This document shows positions 43,733-53,994 of a stretch of DNA of 64,000 nt, one piece after another. Within the stretch, counting starts at the first letter, position 1. Each line of letters opens with the position of its first letter. Location: NCBI RefSeq assembly GCF_056712565.1, contig NZ_CM160072.1; one strand, given 5' to 3'. The notes beneath the pieces are model-generated. The model was not told the origin of the DNA, did no database searches, and saw only the letters and a program-made list of their open reading frames with translations. Position numbers and translations under genes: made by a program.

Positions 43733-45318
43733 TCCTTCACCCCACCAAATGCTTCTTCCAGCAACTGGCGCTGCGCATCCGCCTCATCGCTCGCCCCCAG
43801 TTCACGCATCAGCGCATCCAGTTCAGACAGCGCCTGTACCAGTTCACCCATCGCTTCTGCCGCTAATACATCCGGCTCCGGCAGGTTGTCGGCATCAATA
43901 CTGTCTTTATCTTTCAGCCAGGAGATATCCAGCGAATCGGATTTCGCGGTGCGGATCCACTCGCGGCTGAACTTGCGCCAGCGGCTGGTAGCAAGATGCT
44001 GGTCGGTGTTTTTGTTCTCTTCGCTGTCGGCAATTTCCGTCTCTTCGGCGTTAAAACTCCATTCACCTTCAGTGCGCGGGCTTAAGCCGTGCGGGTCTTC
44101 GCCAAACACGCGCTCAAACGGTTGCAAATGCTCGTCGGTAAACGGCGTGCGTTTACCAAAGCTCGGCATATTGGTCCGCAGGTCGTACACCCACACGTCA
44201 TCGGTGCAGTTCTTATCCTGATTCGGGTTCGCCACCGTCCCTTTGATAAAGAACAGCACGTTGGTCTTCACGCCCTGCGCGTAAAAAATACCGGTCGGCA
44301 GACGCAGAATAGTGTGCAGATGACACTTATCCATCAGGTCACGACGGATGTCCGTACCTTTGCCGCCTTCAAACAGCACGTTATCCGGCACCACCACCGC
44401 CGCACGACCGCCGGGGTGCAGCGTTTCGATAATATGCTGCATAAAGCACAACTGTTTGTTGCTGGTCGGGTGAACAAAGGTGCGGGTAATGTTGGTGCCT
44501 GCGGCGCTGCCAAACGGCGGGTTAGTGGCGACAATATGCGCCTTCGGCAGGTTTTCGCCGTCGCTGCCCAGGGTGTTGCCCAGACGGATTGCGCCGCCGT
44601 GGTCGAGGTTGCCTTCAATATCGTGCAGCAGGCAGTTCATCAGCGCCAGACGACGGGTGCCGGGCACCAGTTCGAGGCCGATAAACGCGCGGTGGATCTG
44701 GAAATCCTGCGTGTCGCCATCAAGGTCGTCCAGATCGTTAGTCTGCGACTTAACGTAGCGGTCGGCTTCAATCAAAAAGCCCGCCGTACCGGCTGCCGGA
44801 TCCTGTACCACTTCACGTGGCTGCGGTTTCAGCAGATGAATAATGGTTTTAATCAGCGGACGCGGGGTGAAGTACTGGCCCGCGCCAGACTTGGTTTCAT
44901 TGGCGTTCTTCTGCAGCAGCCCTTCGTACATATCGCCGAAGTCATCGCGCGACTTACCGTGCGCACCGTTGTACCAGTCCAGTGAATCCATATTGCTGAC
45001 CAGTGCGGTTATTTGTTTCGGCTCGGTGATGGTGGTACTAACATTATGAAAAACTGCCTGTACCAGCTTTTTGTCATCTTCGCCTAAATGCACGAGCATT
45101 TTTCGGTAGAACTGCAACTGCTCCTGGCCGATGCGGGATTTCAGGTCATCCCAGCGGTAACCTTCCGGCAGGTATTCCGCTTCCTGCCCGGTCTCTTTAC
45201 ACATTTTCAAAAACAGCAGCGAGGCGAGTTCATTGACGTAGTTTTGATAGGAAACGCCGCCATCGCGCAGGTTGTCGCACAGCTTCCACAGCTTCGCGAC
45301 CAGATCGTTATTGTTCAT
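43729..45318 (-). CDS. hsdM: Type I restriction-modification methyltransferase HsdM
   Basis: 529-aa ORF with N6-adenine methyltransferase motif (NPPFG); 4-nt overlap with hsdS. Confidence 0.9.
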   Translation of the reverse strand: MNNNDLVAKLWKLCDNLRDGGVSYQNYVNELASLLFLKMCKETGQEAEYLPEGYRWDDLKSRIGQEQLQFYRKMLVHLGEDDKKLVQAVFHNVSTTITEPKQITALVSNMDSLDWYNGAHGKSRDDFGDMYEGLLQKNANETKSGAGQYFTPRPLIKTIIHLLKPQPREVVQDPAAGTAGFLIEADRYVKSQTNDLDDLDGDTQDFQIHRAFIGLELVPGTRRLALMNCLLHDIEGNLDHGGAIRLGNTLGSDGENLPKAHIVATNPPFGSAAGTNITRTFVHPTSNKQLCFMQHIIETLHPGGRAAVVVPDNVLFEGGKGTDIRRDLMDKCHLHTILRLPTGIFYAQGVKTNVLFFIKGTVANPNQDKNCTDDVWVYDLRTNMPSFGKRTPFTDEHLQPFERVFGEDPHGLSPRTEGEWSFNAEETEIADSEENKNTDQHLATSRWRKFSREWIRTAKSDSLDISWLKDKDSIDADNLPEPDVLAAEAMGELVQALSELDALMRELGASDEADAQRQLLEEAFGGVKE

Positions 45319-45394
45319 TGTGAGTTCCGTAAATTAAACAACGGCCCGCATTGTTTGGGGCCGCAGAAGAAGAAATTGCCGAGGGTAATATACA

Positions 45395-45518
45395 CAAAAT
45401 CATTCAGGTTGCATCAAGGCGGCAAGTGAGTGAATCCCCGGGAGCGTACAGAAGTACGTGACCGGGGTGAACGAGCGCAGCCAACGCAGAGGCAGCCTGA
45501 AGGATGAAGTGTATACGT
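45395..45518. repeat. ERIC/IRU-like repeat in the hsdR-hsdM intergenic region
   Basis: GTGAATCCCCGGGAGCGTACAGAAGTACGTGACCGGGGTGAACGAGCGCAGCCAACGCA resembles the ERIC consensus including the ERIC1R/ERIC2 primer regions. Confidence 0.6.
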
Positions 45519-45519
45519 G

Positions 45520-48500
45520 TCAGGCCAGCTCGTCCCAGATATAATCGCTGAATTTATCAAGCAGGTTGTCGAGATTATCGTCAAAGGTTCTTTGTAGCAT
45601 CGCCTTACCGCCGCGGCGGTGGAAGTTGCCGGTTTTGAAGACATCGTCGTCGAGCACCACTTTCTCTTTCAGCGCCTGCGCTAAACGATCGAGCCAGCTT
45701 AATTGCTCGCTGCTCCAGTCGTTTTCACCCTTAATGCGCGTCAGCGCGTGATCGACACGTTCCTCAAACGGTTTCAGCGCATCGCCCACCGCAGCGCGGC
45801 GAATATGACCAATCAGCCGGGCGGCGATATCTTCATTGCGCGTCTCTTTCCATGCTTTGCGCAGGGAAGATTCCTCAAAATGCTGGCGGTCAAACCACTC
45901 CTGGAGCTCGACCAGCCCTTTACGGGTGAGATCGCGCGGGCGATTGATCACCGCCTGCAATGCCGGCTGCGCGTTCGGGGAACGTTGCACCAGCGAGTCA
46001 AAGGCTTCGAGGAAATCCTGCGGCGTGTCGTAATCACCGTACAGCGATTTTACACTCACCACTTCATCGTCGATATCGAGGAAGATCGGCGCATCATTCA
46101 GGTTGTTGATGTCCGTTTTCAGCTTTTCCAGACGGGCGATAAAGCCAGGCAGTTTGTTAAAGACTTCGGCGCTCCAGTGCGGCCCTTTTTCCCGCAGGCG
46201 CGAGGCGAAGCCGTTAAAGTTCACGCCCGCCGCGTCCTGGCATAGCTCATCCAGACGACGCACCTGTTTATCTATCGTTTCGCTGCGGTCACGGTTAAAC
46301 GTGGCCAGGCCGATGATGCGCTGGAGCTTCGCCACCAATTGTTCATGGCTGTGCTCGGCAAAGCTACGGCCATCCGCTTCGGTGATTTTATAGGTTTCTG
46401 AATCGGTAATTTCATTGACCAGCGTTTGCAGTTCCACCTTCGGACGCACCACCACCGGACGCATGGTGTCGACGCTCTCCAGCGTGCTGTAGATATCGAC
46501 ACAGTCGAAAATCTTAAAGCTGGTTTTATTCACGTCCGGGCATAAGCGCGTGGCGCGGCCTTTCATCTGCTCGTACAGAATACGGCTGCGTACTTTACGC
46601 AGGAACACGATATTACAGATCGACGGAATATCGACGCCGGTTGTCAGCAGGTCGACGGTTACCACGATATTGGGCAGCCGCTCTTTATTGAAGCGGGTGA
46701 TCATGGTCTGCACTTTGCGCGCGTCTTTATCGGCATCACCGGTGATCTTGATGATCGCGTCGTGCTCCAGTTGCGGATACTTTTTCTTGAACGCGGTACG
46801 CAACTCTTCCACCACCATATCGGCATGGGCATTGGTAACGCAGAAGACCAGCGTTTTTTGCGACCCGGTCGGGTCAAGGTAGTTGGTGAGCTCGTTACAG
46901 ACGGCGCGGTTAAACGCCGGGATCACCAGGCCACGGTTAAAGTCGGCGACCTCAAAATCCTGATCGTCTTCCAGGGTATCGTTGATCACTTCTCCCTGCG
47001 GGCTGATGCGCTCTACCTGTTCGCCCTTGGAGAGATAAACCCCCTCCTGGGCGTTGCGGGTGATGATCTGAATCGGCGGATCCTGGTCGATCAGAAAACC
47101 GTCGATAACCGCGGTACGGTAGGTATAACGGTAAACCGGCTCGCCGAAAATCTGCACCGTATGCAGCGCCGGGGTGGCGGTGAGGGCGATTTTTACCGCA
47201 TCGAAGTGATCGAGAATGCGACGGTAGGCAGAAACGTAATCCAGCTGGCTGCGGAACTGCAGCTCGCCTTCGGTCTGCTCTTTATCGAGAATATAGCCGC
47301 GATGCGCTTCATCGACGACGATACAGTCGTAACGGGCCACCGGCATCGGTTCATCTGATTGTAGGGTGCGTTTCACCAGCGACTGTACGGTGGCAACGTG
47401 AATTTTGGTGCTGTCTTCGGGGAATTTATCCGTCAGCCCTTTAATGTCGAAAATGCTGTTGAAGGTGTCGCCGTTAATACGCGTATCTTCAAACGCCCCC
47501 AGTGCCTGCTCGCCAAGAGAACGGCGATCGACAAGGAAGAGAATGCGTTTAAAACGCTGGGACTGGATCAGGCGGAACATCATGGCAATTGCGGTGCGGG
47601 TTTTACCGGTACCGGTCGCCATCGCCAGCAGGATCTCTTGTTGACCCTTGACGATTGCCTTTTCCACCGCGCGGACGGCATCTTCCTGGTAATAACGCAG
47701 GCCCAGCTCGCTCATGCCCGGGTTATCGGCAAACCACTGATTCTGTTTTTGCGGTTCGCTGCCGAGCATTTCCAGCAGCTCTTCCGGGCGATGCCACTCG
47801 GGTAAGGCTTTCGACATATTGCGGGTATCACGCACGTCGCGATACCAGATGCCACTTTTAGTCTTCATTGCTGCGCGATATTCGCGCCCGTTGGTGGAGT
47901 AGCAGAAGGGGATTTTAAACCGTTGTTGGCCGCTGGTGTCCTGCCAGCTAGTTTCATACTCCGGCACAGCTTCATGCACTTCATCCGGTGAGTAATGCTC
48001 AAGCAAGGTTTCCCGCAGGAAGCCATTATCGAAGCATTTGCTGTAGCGATACGACTCATTGAGCTTGCCGGGAACGTCGATATTTTTACGTTTCGCCTCT
48101 ACCACCGCGATGGGCTTGAGGCCGACAAACAGCACATAATCCGCAAAGCCCTGATTACCCGTTTCATCTTTCCCGGTCGGCCATTCGGCAATGGCTTTAT
48201 TGACGCCGGGTTCCGGGCGTGCGCCTTTGGAGAAGCGCAGGGTTTTGCTATCGGCCTGCCAGCCTGCTTTACGCAGTTGCGCGTCAATCAGGAAGCGACT
48301 CTCTTCTTCGCTAAGGTTGAGTGTGCGCTTGATGGCCTGATCGGTAATTTCTTTGTGGTAAGCCTTACGTTCCTGTTCGGTCTGTTTGGCCAGCTCCGCG
48401 TTCTTCTCGGCGAGCTGTGCTTCCAGCGCCGCAAGGCGAGCCTGGGTTTGCGCTTCTGTTTCCTGCTGTTTGCCTTCCAGAATGGCGATATAGCCGTTCA

Positions 48501-49032
48501 GGGCAACCAGCTTCTGCTGTTGCGCTTCGACTTCTGCCCGAGTCTGCGCTTTTTCTCGCGCCTGCTGTTCAAGCTGTTGTTTTAGCGTCAGCACTTCCTG
48601 GTGATAGAGGTTTTCGCCACGTTCCGGCAACACAAATACCGGCACCGGGAAGTCATAATCTTTGGTGACCAGACGGTAGTACCAGACAGCCAGGCGGAAC
48701 CCGAGTCGCAGGCACATCTGGGCATCGTCGAGATCGTTATGGTATTCGTGCACCGCCTGGTTACCAATGCGGCGTAATTTGTGGAATACAGAGAGAATGT
48801 TGTCATCAACGAAGGCGATTTTGCCGAGTTCGCGCAGGAGATCGTGTTGATTCTCACAAGGGGGGATGTTGAGTAACAGACCAAGATGTTTCGCTGTAGC
48901 TTCGCCAAACATACGCATTTTAATCAGCGTCGTGTTGGGATCATCCGGGTAGTTATTTTCCGCCGCACAGGCGATGGCATAAGTGAAGTCGTTGACGCCC
49001 TTCAGGAATTCGAAGTTGGATTTATTCATCAT
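45520..49032 (-). CDS. hsdR: Type I restriction endonuclease subunit HsdR
   Basis: 1170-aa ORF with helicase motif I (GTGKTRT) and DEAH-like VVDEAHRG; upstream of hsdM/hsdS. Confidence 0.9.
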   Translation of the reverse strand: MMNKSNFEFLKGVNDFTYAIACAAENNYPDDPNTTLIKMRMFGEATAKHLGLLLNIPPCENQHDLLRELGKIAFVDDNILSVFHKLRRIGNQAVHEYHNDLDDAQMCLRLGFRLAVWYYRLVTKDYDFPVPVFVLPERGENLYHQEVLTLKQQLEQQAREKAQTRAEVEAQQQKLVALNGYIAILEGKQQETEAQTQARLAALEAQLAEKNAELAKQTEQERKAYHKEITDQAIKRTLNLSEEESRFLIDAQLRKAGWQADSKTLRFSKGARPEPGVNKAIAEWPTGKDETGNQGFADYVLFVGLKPIAVVEAKRKNIDVPGKLNESYRYSKCFDNGFLRETLLEHYSPDEVHEAVPEYETSWQDTSGQQRFKIPFCYSTNGREYRAAMKTKSGIWYRDVRDTRNMSKALPEWHRPEELLEMLGSEPQKQNQWFADNPGMSELGLRYYQEDAVRAVEKAIVKGQQEILLAMATGTGKTRTAIAMMFRLIQSQRFKRILFLVDRRSLGEQALGAFEDTRINGDTFNSIFDIKGLTDKFPEDSTKIHVATVQSLVKRTLQSDEPMPVARYDCIVVDEAHRGYILDKEQTEGELQFRSQLDYVSAYRRILDHFDAVKIALTATPALHTVQIFGEPVYRYTYRTAVIDGFLIDQDPPIQIITRNAQEGVYLSKGEQVERISPQGEVINDTLEDDQDFEVADFNRGLVIPAFNRAVCNELTNYLDPTGSQKTLVFCVTNAHADMVVEELRTAFKKKYPQLEHDAIIKITGDADKDARKVQTMITRFNKERLPNIVVTVDLLTTGVDIPSICNIVFLRKVRSRILYEQMKGRATRLCPDVNKTSFKIFDCVDIYSTLESVDTMRPVVVRPKVELQTLVNEITDSETYKITEADGRSFAEHSHEQLVAKLQRIIGLATFNRDRSETIDKQVRRLDELCQDAAGVNFNGFASRLREKGPHWSAEVFNKLPGFIARLEKLKTDINNLNDAPIFLDIDDEVVSVKSLYGDYDTPQDFLEAFDSLVQRSPNAQPALQAVINRPRDLTRKGLVELQEWFDRQHFEESSLRKAWKETRNEDIAARLIGHIRRAAVGDALKPFEERVDHALTRIKGENDWSSEQLSWLDRLAQALKEKVVLDDDVFKTGNFHRRGGKAMLQRTFDDNLDNLLDKFSDYIWDELA

Positions 49033-49219
49033 TGTTATTAATCCATTGCTGTGTGGGCCTGTCCAAATATTTAAGGCCCATAACGCCCTATCTTAGCTTT
49101 CTGTACCTTTCCGGGCAATGACCGGAGTCACAGCAACTGACTCATTTCTAACGTGTTCGTCTATTTTGGTAGTGTTATAGTAGCCGAAAAACATCTACCT
49201 GATTCTGCAAGGATGTACT

Positions 49220-50134
49220 ATGACGGTTCCTACCTATGACAAATTTATTGAACCTGTTCTGCGTTATCTGGCAACAAAACCGGAAGGTGCAGCCGCGCGT
49301 GATGTTCATGAGGCTGCCGCGGATGCATTAGGACTGGATGACAGCCAGCGATCGAAAGTCATTACCAGCGGACAACTTGTTTATAAAAATCGTGCAGGCT
49401 GGGCACATGACCGTTTAAAACGTGCCGGGTTGTCGCAAAGTTTGTCGCGTGGCAAATGGTGCCTGACTCCTGCGGGTTTTGACTGGGTTGCGTCTCATCC
49501 CCAGCCAATGACGGAGCAGGAGATGAACCATCTGGCCTTCAATTTTGTGAATGTCAAACTTAAGTCACGGCCGGATGCCGTCGATTTAGATCCGAAAGCC
49601 GACTCTCCCGATCATGAAGAACTTGCAAAGAGCAGCCCGGACGATCGGTTAGATCAGGCGCTAAAAGAGCTTCGTGATGCGGTGGCTGATGAGGTTCTGG
49701 AAAACTTATTGCAGGTTTCTCCTTCGCGCTTTGAAGTCATTGTTCTGGATGTTTTGCATCGCCTGGGGTATGGCGGCCACCGTGATGATTTGCAGCGTGT
49801 TGGCGGTACTGGAGATGGTGGCATCGATGGTGTGATATCGCTTGATAAACTTGGCCTGGAGAAAGTTTATGTTCAGGCAAAACGTTGGCAGAATACTGTA
49901 GGCAGGCCAGAATTACAGGCATTTTACGGCGCACTGGCTGGGCAAAAAGCGAAACGTGGGGTGTTTATTACCACTTCTGGATTTACTTCTCAGGCGCGTG
50001 ACTTTGCCCAATCCGTCGAGGGTATGGTGTTGGTTGATGGGGAACGCCTGGTGCACTTAATGATCGAAAACGAAGTAGGGGTTTCTTCACGTTTGTTGAA
50101 GGTGCCGAAACTGGATATGGATTATTTTGAGTGA
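49220..50134 (+). CDS. mrr: Mrr type IV restriction endonuclease (modified-DNA dependent)
   Basis: 304-aa ORF divergent from hsdR, as in K-12. Confidence 0.85.
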   Translation: MTVPTYDKFIEPVLRYLATKPEGAAARDVHEAAADALGLDDSQRSKVITSGQLVYKNRAGWAHDRLKRAGLSQSLSRGKWCLTPAGFDWVASHPQPMTEQEMNHLAFNFVNVKLKSRPDAVDLDPKADSPDHEELAKSSPDDRLDQALKELRDAVADEVLENLLQVSPSRFEVIVLDVLHRLGYGGHRDDLQRVGGTGDGGIDGVISLDKLGLEKVYVQAKRWQNTVGRPELQAFYGALAGQKAKRGVFITTSGFTSQARDFAQSVEGMVLVDGERLVHLMIENEVGVSSRLLKVPKLDMDYFE

Positions 50135-50142
50135 AATATCAG

Positions 50143-50172
50143 GCCGGATGCGGCTGCGCCTTATCCGGCCCA
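50143..50172. repeat. REP-like palindrome
   Basis: GCCGGATGCGGCTGCGCCTTATCCGGCC. Confidence 0.55.
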
Positions 50173-50179
50173 TAACCCC

Positions 50180-51136
50180 TTACTTCCTCAACCCCGCAAA
50201 CGCCGCCCGAATCTCATCCTCCGGCAGCTGAATCCCGATAAACACCATCGTGCTATGCGGTTTTTCATCGCCCCACGGCCTGTCCCAGTCGGCGCTGTAG
50301 AGGCGCTGGACGCCCTGGAACAGCAGGCGGTTAGGTTCGCCGTCAATCCACAGCATCCCTTTGTAACGCAGCAGTTTATCTGCCGATTCCAGCAGCAGGT
50401 TTTCCATCACGCGGGAAACTTCGCTGATATCTACCGGGTAATCCAGTTCCACCACAATCGACGAAATATCGTTTTGTTTGTCCGCGATAAAGTGAAAACG
50501 TGGCTTGGTGCTGACGACGTTTTCTTCCAGCATAAAACCGTTGGTGTTGAACAACAGGCCCAGGTCGATGTCGCCGTGGGTGACGGTGTAGACCGGTGCA
50601 CGGGCGTTGATGCGCGCCAGGCGTTCACGCAGTTTTTCTGCTTCGCCTGCGACGTCGGTTTTAGTCAGCAGAATACGGTCGGCGTAGCCAACCTGGGACT
50701 GGGCGATGGTGAACTGGTTCATCTGCTCATCGGCATGTACCGCATCCACCAGCGCAATCACGCCATCCAGCAGGTAACGCTGGCATAAAATCTCATGGGA
50801 GAAAAAGGTCTGAATAATCGGGCCGGGATCGGCCATGCCGGTGCATTCAATGACCAGACGGTCGAACTGAATATTGCCCTTGTCGAGATTATCCAGCAGG
50901 TCGAGTAGGGCGTCTTCCAGCTCGTTGGAGCGCGAACAGCAGATGCAGCCGTTGGTCAGCGTTTTGATCTGCGTGGCGCGGTCGCCAATCAGTTGATCAT
51001 CAACGGAGACTTCGCCGAATTCGTTTTCAATCACGGCAATCTTGTAGCCGTGTTGTTCGTTAAGAATATGGCGCAGCAGGGTGGTTTTTCCTGCGCCTAA
51101 AAAACCGGTGAGTAGGGTAACTGCAATCGGGTTCAT
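50180..51136 (-). CDS. yjiA: COG0523 GTPase YjiA (G3E family)
   Basis: ORF 50180-51220; start set at MNPIAVTLLTGFLGAGKTTLLRHIL (P-loop), 318 aa. Confidence 0.85.
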   Translation of the reverse strand: MNPIAVTLLTGFLGAGKTTLLRHILNEQHGYKIAVIENEFGEVSVDDQLIGDRATQIKTLTNGCICCSRSNELEDALLDLLDNLDKGNIQFDRLVIECTGMADPGPIIQTFFSHEILCQRYLLDGVIALVDAVHADEQMNQFTIAQSQVGYADRILLTKTDVAGEAEKLRERLARINARAPVYTVTHGDIDLGLLFNTNGFMLEENVVSTKPRFHFIADKQNDISSIVVELDYPVDISEVSRVMENLLLESADKLLRYKGMLWIDGEPNRLLFQGVQRLYSADWDRPWGDEKPHSTMVFIGIQLPEDEIRAAFAGLRK

Positions 51137-51146
51137 GCTCTCTCCA

Positions 51147-51350
51147 TTAACAACAGCGCATACCGCCTTTACCATCGCCGCCGTAGCGCGCGTTCTGGCG
51201 TTCGCGGAAGAATTCTTCATAGCTCATGTACGGCTTGTCGGGATGGTTGGTCTTCATATGCTCGACGTAGTTGTCGTAGTCTGGAATGCCAATCAACATC
51301 TTCGCCGCCTGGCCGAGATATTTTTTTGCCTGTCCTAAGTTACCAAACAT
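51147..51350 (-). CDS. yjiX: Small protein YjiX (DUF466), 67 aa
   Basis: Short ORF immediately downstream of btsT and upstream of yjiA. Confidence 0.75.
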
Positions 51351-51392
51351 TTTGCCTTCCAGATATGCGTAAAGCCCGGAAGGTCCGGGCTG

Positions 51393-51430
<38 letters not shown>

Positions 51431-51467
51431 TACGATAGCCATTTTGTAAGCCGGATAAGGCAACCGG

Positions 51468-53618
51468 TTAGTGGTGCGAAGAGATCTTCACGCCGCCTTC
51501 CGGGATTGGAACGTACGGTGTTTCTTTGTCAGTACGTTTGTCGCTGTTACGCACCTTCAGCCAGGTTTTGAAACCGTAGAAGATGATGCTGTACACCACA
51601 ATCAGGAACAGAATACTCAGGCCTGCGTTGGTGTAGTTGTTCACAACGATGTGGTTCATGTTGGCAATCTGCTGCGCCGTCAGGTCAGTACCGTTAGCAA
51701 TCTTCTCTTTGTACTGGCTCGCCATGTAGAAGAAGCCTTCCATCTGCGGGTTGGTGCTGAACAGTTTCAGGCCCAGCGCCCAGGTGGTGCAGATAAGCAG
51801 CCATACTGCCGGGATAACGGTAACCCAGATGTATTGGGTGCGCTTCATCTTAATCAGTACAACGGTGCCCAGTACCAGCGCCACGGCTGCCAGCATCTGG
51901 TTGGAGATACCGAACAGCGGCCACAGGCTCTTAACGCCGCCCAGCGGATCGACCACGCCCTGATACAGCAGGTAGCCCCACAGACCCACACAGCCCGCAG
52001 TACCGATGATACCGGCAACCAGAGAGTCGGTTTTTTTCAGGAACGGGATGAAGTTACCCAGCAGGTCTTGCAGCATAAAGCGGCCAGAACGGGTACCCGC
52101 ATCCAGCGCGGTCAGGATGAACAGGGCTTCGAACAGAATACCGAAGTGATACCAGAAGCCCATGTCAGCCATCGGCAGCACTTTGTGGAACACGTGAGCG
52201 ATACCTACCGCCAGCGTTGGCGCACCACCTGCACGGTTCAGGACAGAAGGCTCACCAATGTCTTTCGCGGTTTGCAGGATCTGCTCTGGCGAAATCACGA
52301 AGCCCCAGGAGCTGACGGTCGCTGCCGCGTGTGCGGTAACGTCTTTCAGCTGTGCCATGATGATCGGCGCGTTCTCGCCACCCATTTCATGCAGGTTAGG
52401 CATGGTGATGCCGAGGCCAGCAGGCGGGGTGTTCATCGCGAAGTAAAGACCCGGTTCGATGATGGACGCAGCAACCAGCGCCATAATCGCCACGAAGGAC
52501 TCCATCAGCATTGCGCCGTAGCCGATGAAACGCGCGTCGGTTTCATTAGCCAGCAGTTTCGGCGTCGTGCCGGAAGAGATCAGCGCGTGGAAGCCAGATA
52601 CCGCACCACAGGCGATGGTGATGAACAGGAACGGGAACAGAGCGCCTTTCCACAGCGGGCCAGTACCGTCAATGTACTGGGTCATGGCAGGCATTTTCAG
52701 TTCCGGGTTCAGCACCACGATACCCAGCGCCAGGCCGACGATAACGCCGATTTTCAGGAAGGTTGCCAGATAGTCGCGCGGTGCGAGGATCAGCCACACT
52801 GGCAGCAGTGCGGAAACAAACGCATAGCCAATCAGCGCGAAAGTAATGGTGGTATCTTTAAAGGTCAGTGCCGGACCCCAGTACGGATCGTGAGCAATCA
52901 CGCCACCGAAGTAGATAGAGGCAACCAGCAGCACGATACCAATGACAGAGACTTCACCCACACGCCCCGGACGAATAAAGCGCATGTAGATACCCATAAA
53001 CAGCGCAATCGGTACGGTTGAGCAAACGGTGAAGACCCCCCACGGACTTTCGGCCAGGGCTTTAACCACAATCAGTGCCAGAACGGCGAGGATGATGATC
53101 ATGATTAAGAAACAGCCAAACAGCGCGATAGTCCCCGGTACTGGTCCCATCTCTTCTTTGATCATCTCACCAAGAGATGCGCCGTTACGGCGAGAGGAGA
53201 TAAACAGCACCATAAAGTCCTGAACCGCACCGGCCAGCACGACCCCCGCCAGCAGCCACAGCGTGCCAGGCAGGTAGCCCATCTGCGCGGCGAGAACCGG
53301 ACCCACCAGCGGACCAGCACCGGCGATAGCGGCGAAGTGGTGACCAAACAACACGTAACGGTTGGTCGGAACGTAGTTCAGACCGTCGTTGTTAATAACC
53401 GCAGGCGTCGCGCGCGTGGGGTCGAGTTTCATCACCTTCTGGGCGATGTACAGACTGTAGTAGCGATACGCCACCAGATACACCGACACAGAGGCGACCA
53501 CGATCCACAGGGCGCTGACGTGCTCCCCCCGACGTAATGCAACTACCGCGAGGCAGAATGCACCGATGATTCCGAGAATCACCCAAGGTATGTGCTTGAA
53601 TATCTTTTTAGTATCCAT
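51468..53618 (-). CDS. btsT: Pyruvate/H+ symporter BtsT (YjiY), CstA family
   Basis: ORF 51468-53633; start set at MDTKKIFKHIPWVIL (716 aa); large polytopic membrane protein. Confidence 0.85.
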   Translation of the reverse strand: MDTKKIFKHIPWVILGIIGAFCLAVVALRRGEHVSALWIVVASVSVYLVAYRYYSLYIAQKVMKLDPTRATPAVINNDGLNYVPTNRYVLFGHHFAAIAGAGPLVGPVLAAQMGYLPGTLWLLAGVVLAGAVQDFMVLFISSRRNGASLGEMIKEEMGPVPGTIALFGCFLIMIIILAVLALIVVKALAESPWGVFTVCSTVPIALFMGIYMRFIRPGRVGEVSVIGIVLLVASIYFGGVIAHDPYWGPALTFKDTTITFALIGYAFVSALLPVWLILAPRDYLATFLKIGVIVGLALGIVVLNPELKMPAMTQYIDGTGPLWKGALFPFLFITIACGAVSGFHALISSGTTPKLLANETDARFIGYGAMLMESFVAIMALVAASIIEPGLYFAMNTPPAGLGITMPNLHEMGGENAPIIMAQLKDVTAHAAATVSSWGFVISPEQILQTAKDIGEPSVLNRAGGAPTLAVGIAHVFHKVLPMADMGFWYHFGILFEALFILTALDAGTRSGRFMLQDLLGNFIPFLKKTDSLVAGIIGTAGCVGLWGYLLYQGVVDPLGGVKSLWPLFGISNQMLAAVALVLGTVVLIKMKRTQYIWVTVIPAVWLLICTTWALGLKLFSTNPQMEGFFYMASQYKEKIANGTDLTAQQIANMNHIVVNNYTNAGLSILFLIVVYSIIFYGFKTWLKVRNSDKRTDKETPYVPIPEGGVKISSHH

Positions 53619-53830
53619 AGTAAAACCTGGCATGTATTGATTAATAGTTGGCCGAAGCCGTTCTAGGTTTGCGTTGCGTTTGAGGAGGTAAATTGACCGC
53701 TATCCTGCAGTGATGTTGCCAGAGTTACGCGCGCGTAAAGTAAGGTAAATAACTGAGTGGTTATTTTAGGGACGTAAGCGGTCAGGAATGGCGGTGAGCG
53801 GCAAAGGCGTCGTTTAAGTGACCATAAATA

Positions 53831-53846
53831 TGTGATTTATATCACA
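53831..53846. promoter_or_regulatory. Candidate CRP binding site upstream of btsT
   Basis: TGTGATTTATATCACA is a perfect TGTGA-N6-TCACA palindrome, about 215 bp upstream of the btsT start. Confidence 0.6.
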
Positions 53847-53937
53847 TATTTATATTGCGAATAATTTATGTAAATAATGGCTTTTTAAATTCAGGGGGTG
53901 AATAAAATTACTCGGCGTCATCTCCGCGGGATTTTCA

Positions 53938-53964
53938 TAAAGTTTTTCCTTTCCAGGCCGAAAA
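53938..53964 (+). promoter_or_regulatory. Sigma28 (FliA) promoter of tsr
   Basis: TAAAGTTT, 11-bp spacer, GCCGAAAA matches the FliA consensus TAAAGTTT-N11-GCCGATAA; about 30 bp upstream of the tsr ATG. Confidence 0.75.
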
Positions 53965-53994
53965 TCTTGCATCGGTCCACAGGAAAGAGAAACC

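Noticed and set aside
44089-44985. 298-aa ORF antisense to hsdM
   Set aside because: Embedded in hsdM on the opposite strand; Arg/Val-rich composition; no start context.
45703-48585. Several 100-200-aa plus-strand ORFs inside hsdR
   Set aside because: All are antisense to the intact 1170-aa hsdR frame.
50180-51220. Extended 346-aa version of yjiA
   Set aside because: The N-terminal 28 residues would overlap yjiX; the P-loop protein starting at MNPIAVT matches the expected length.
51471-53021. 516-aa ORF antisense to btsT
   Set aside because: Antisense to a polytopic membrane protein gene; translation is Arg/Asp/His-rich and low-complexity.
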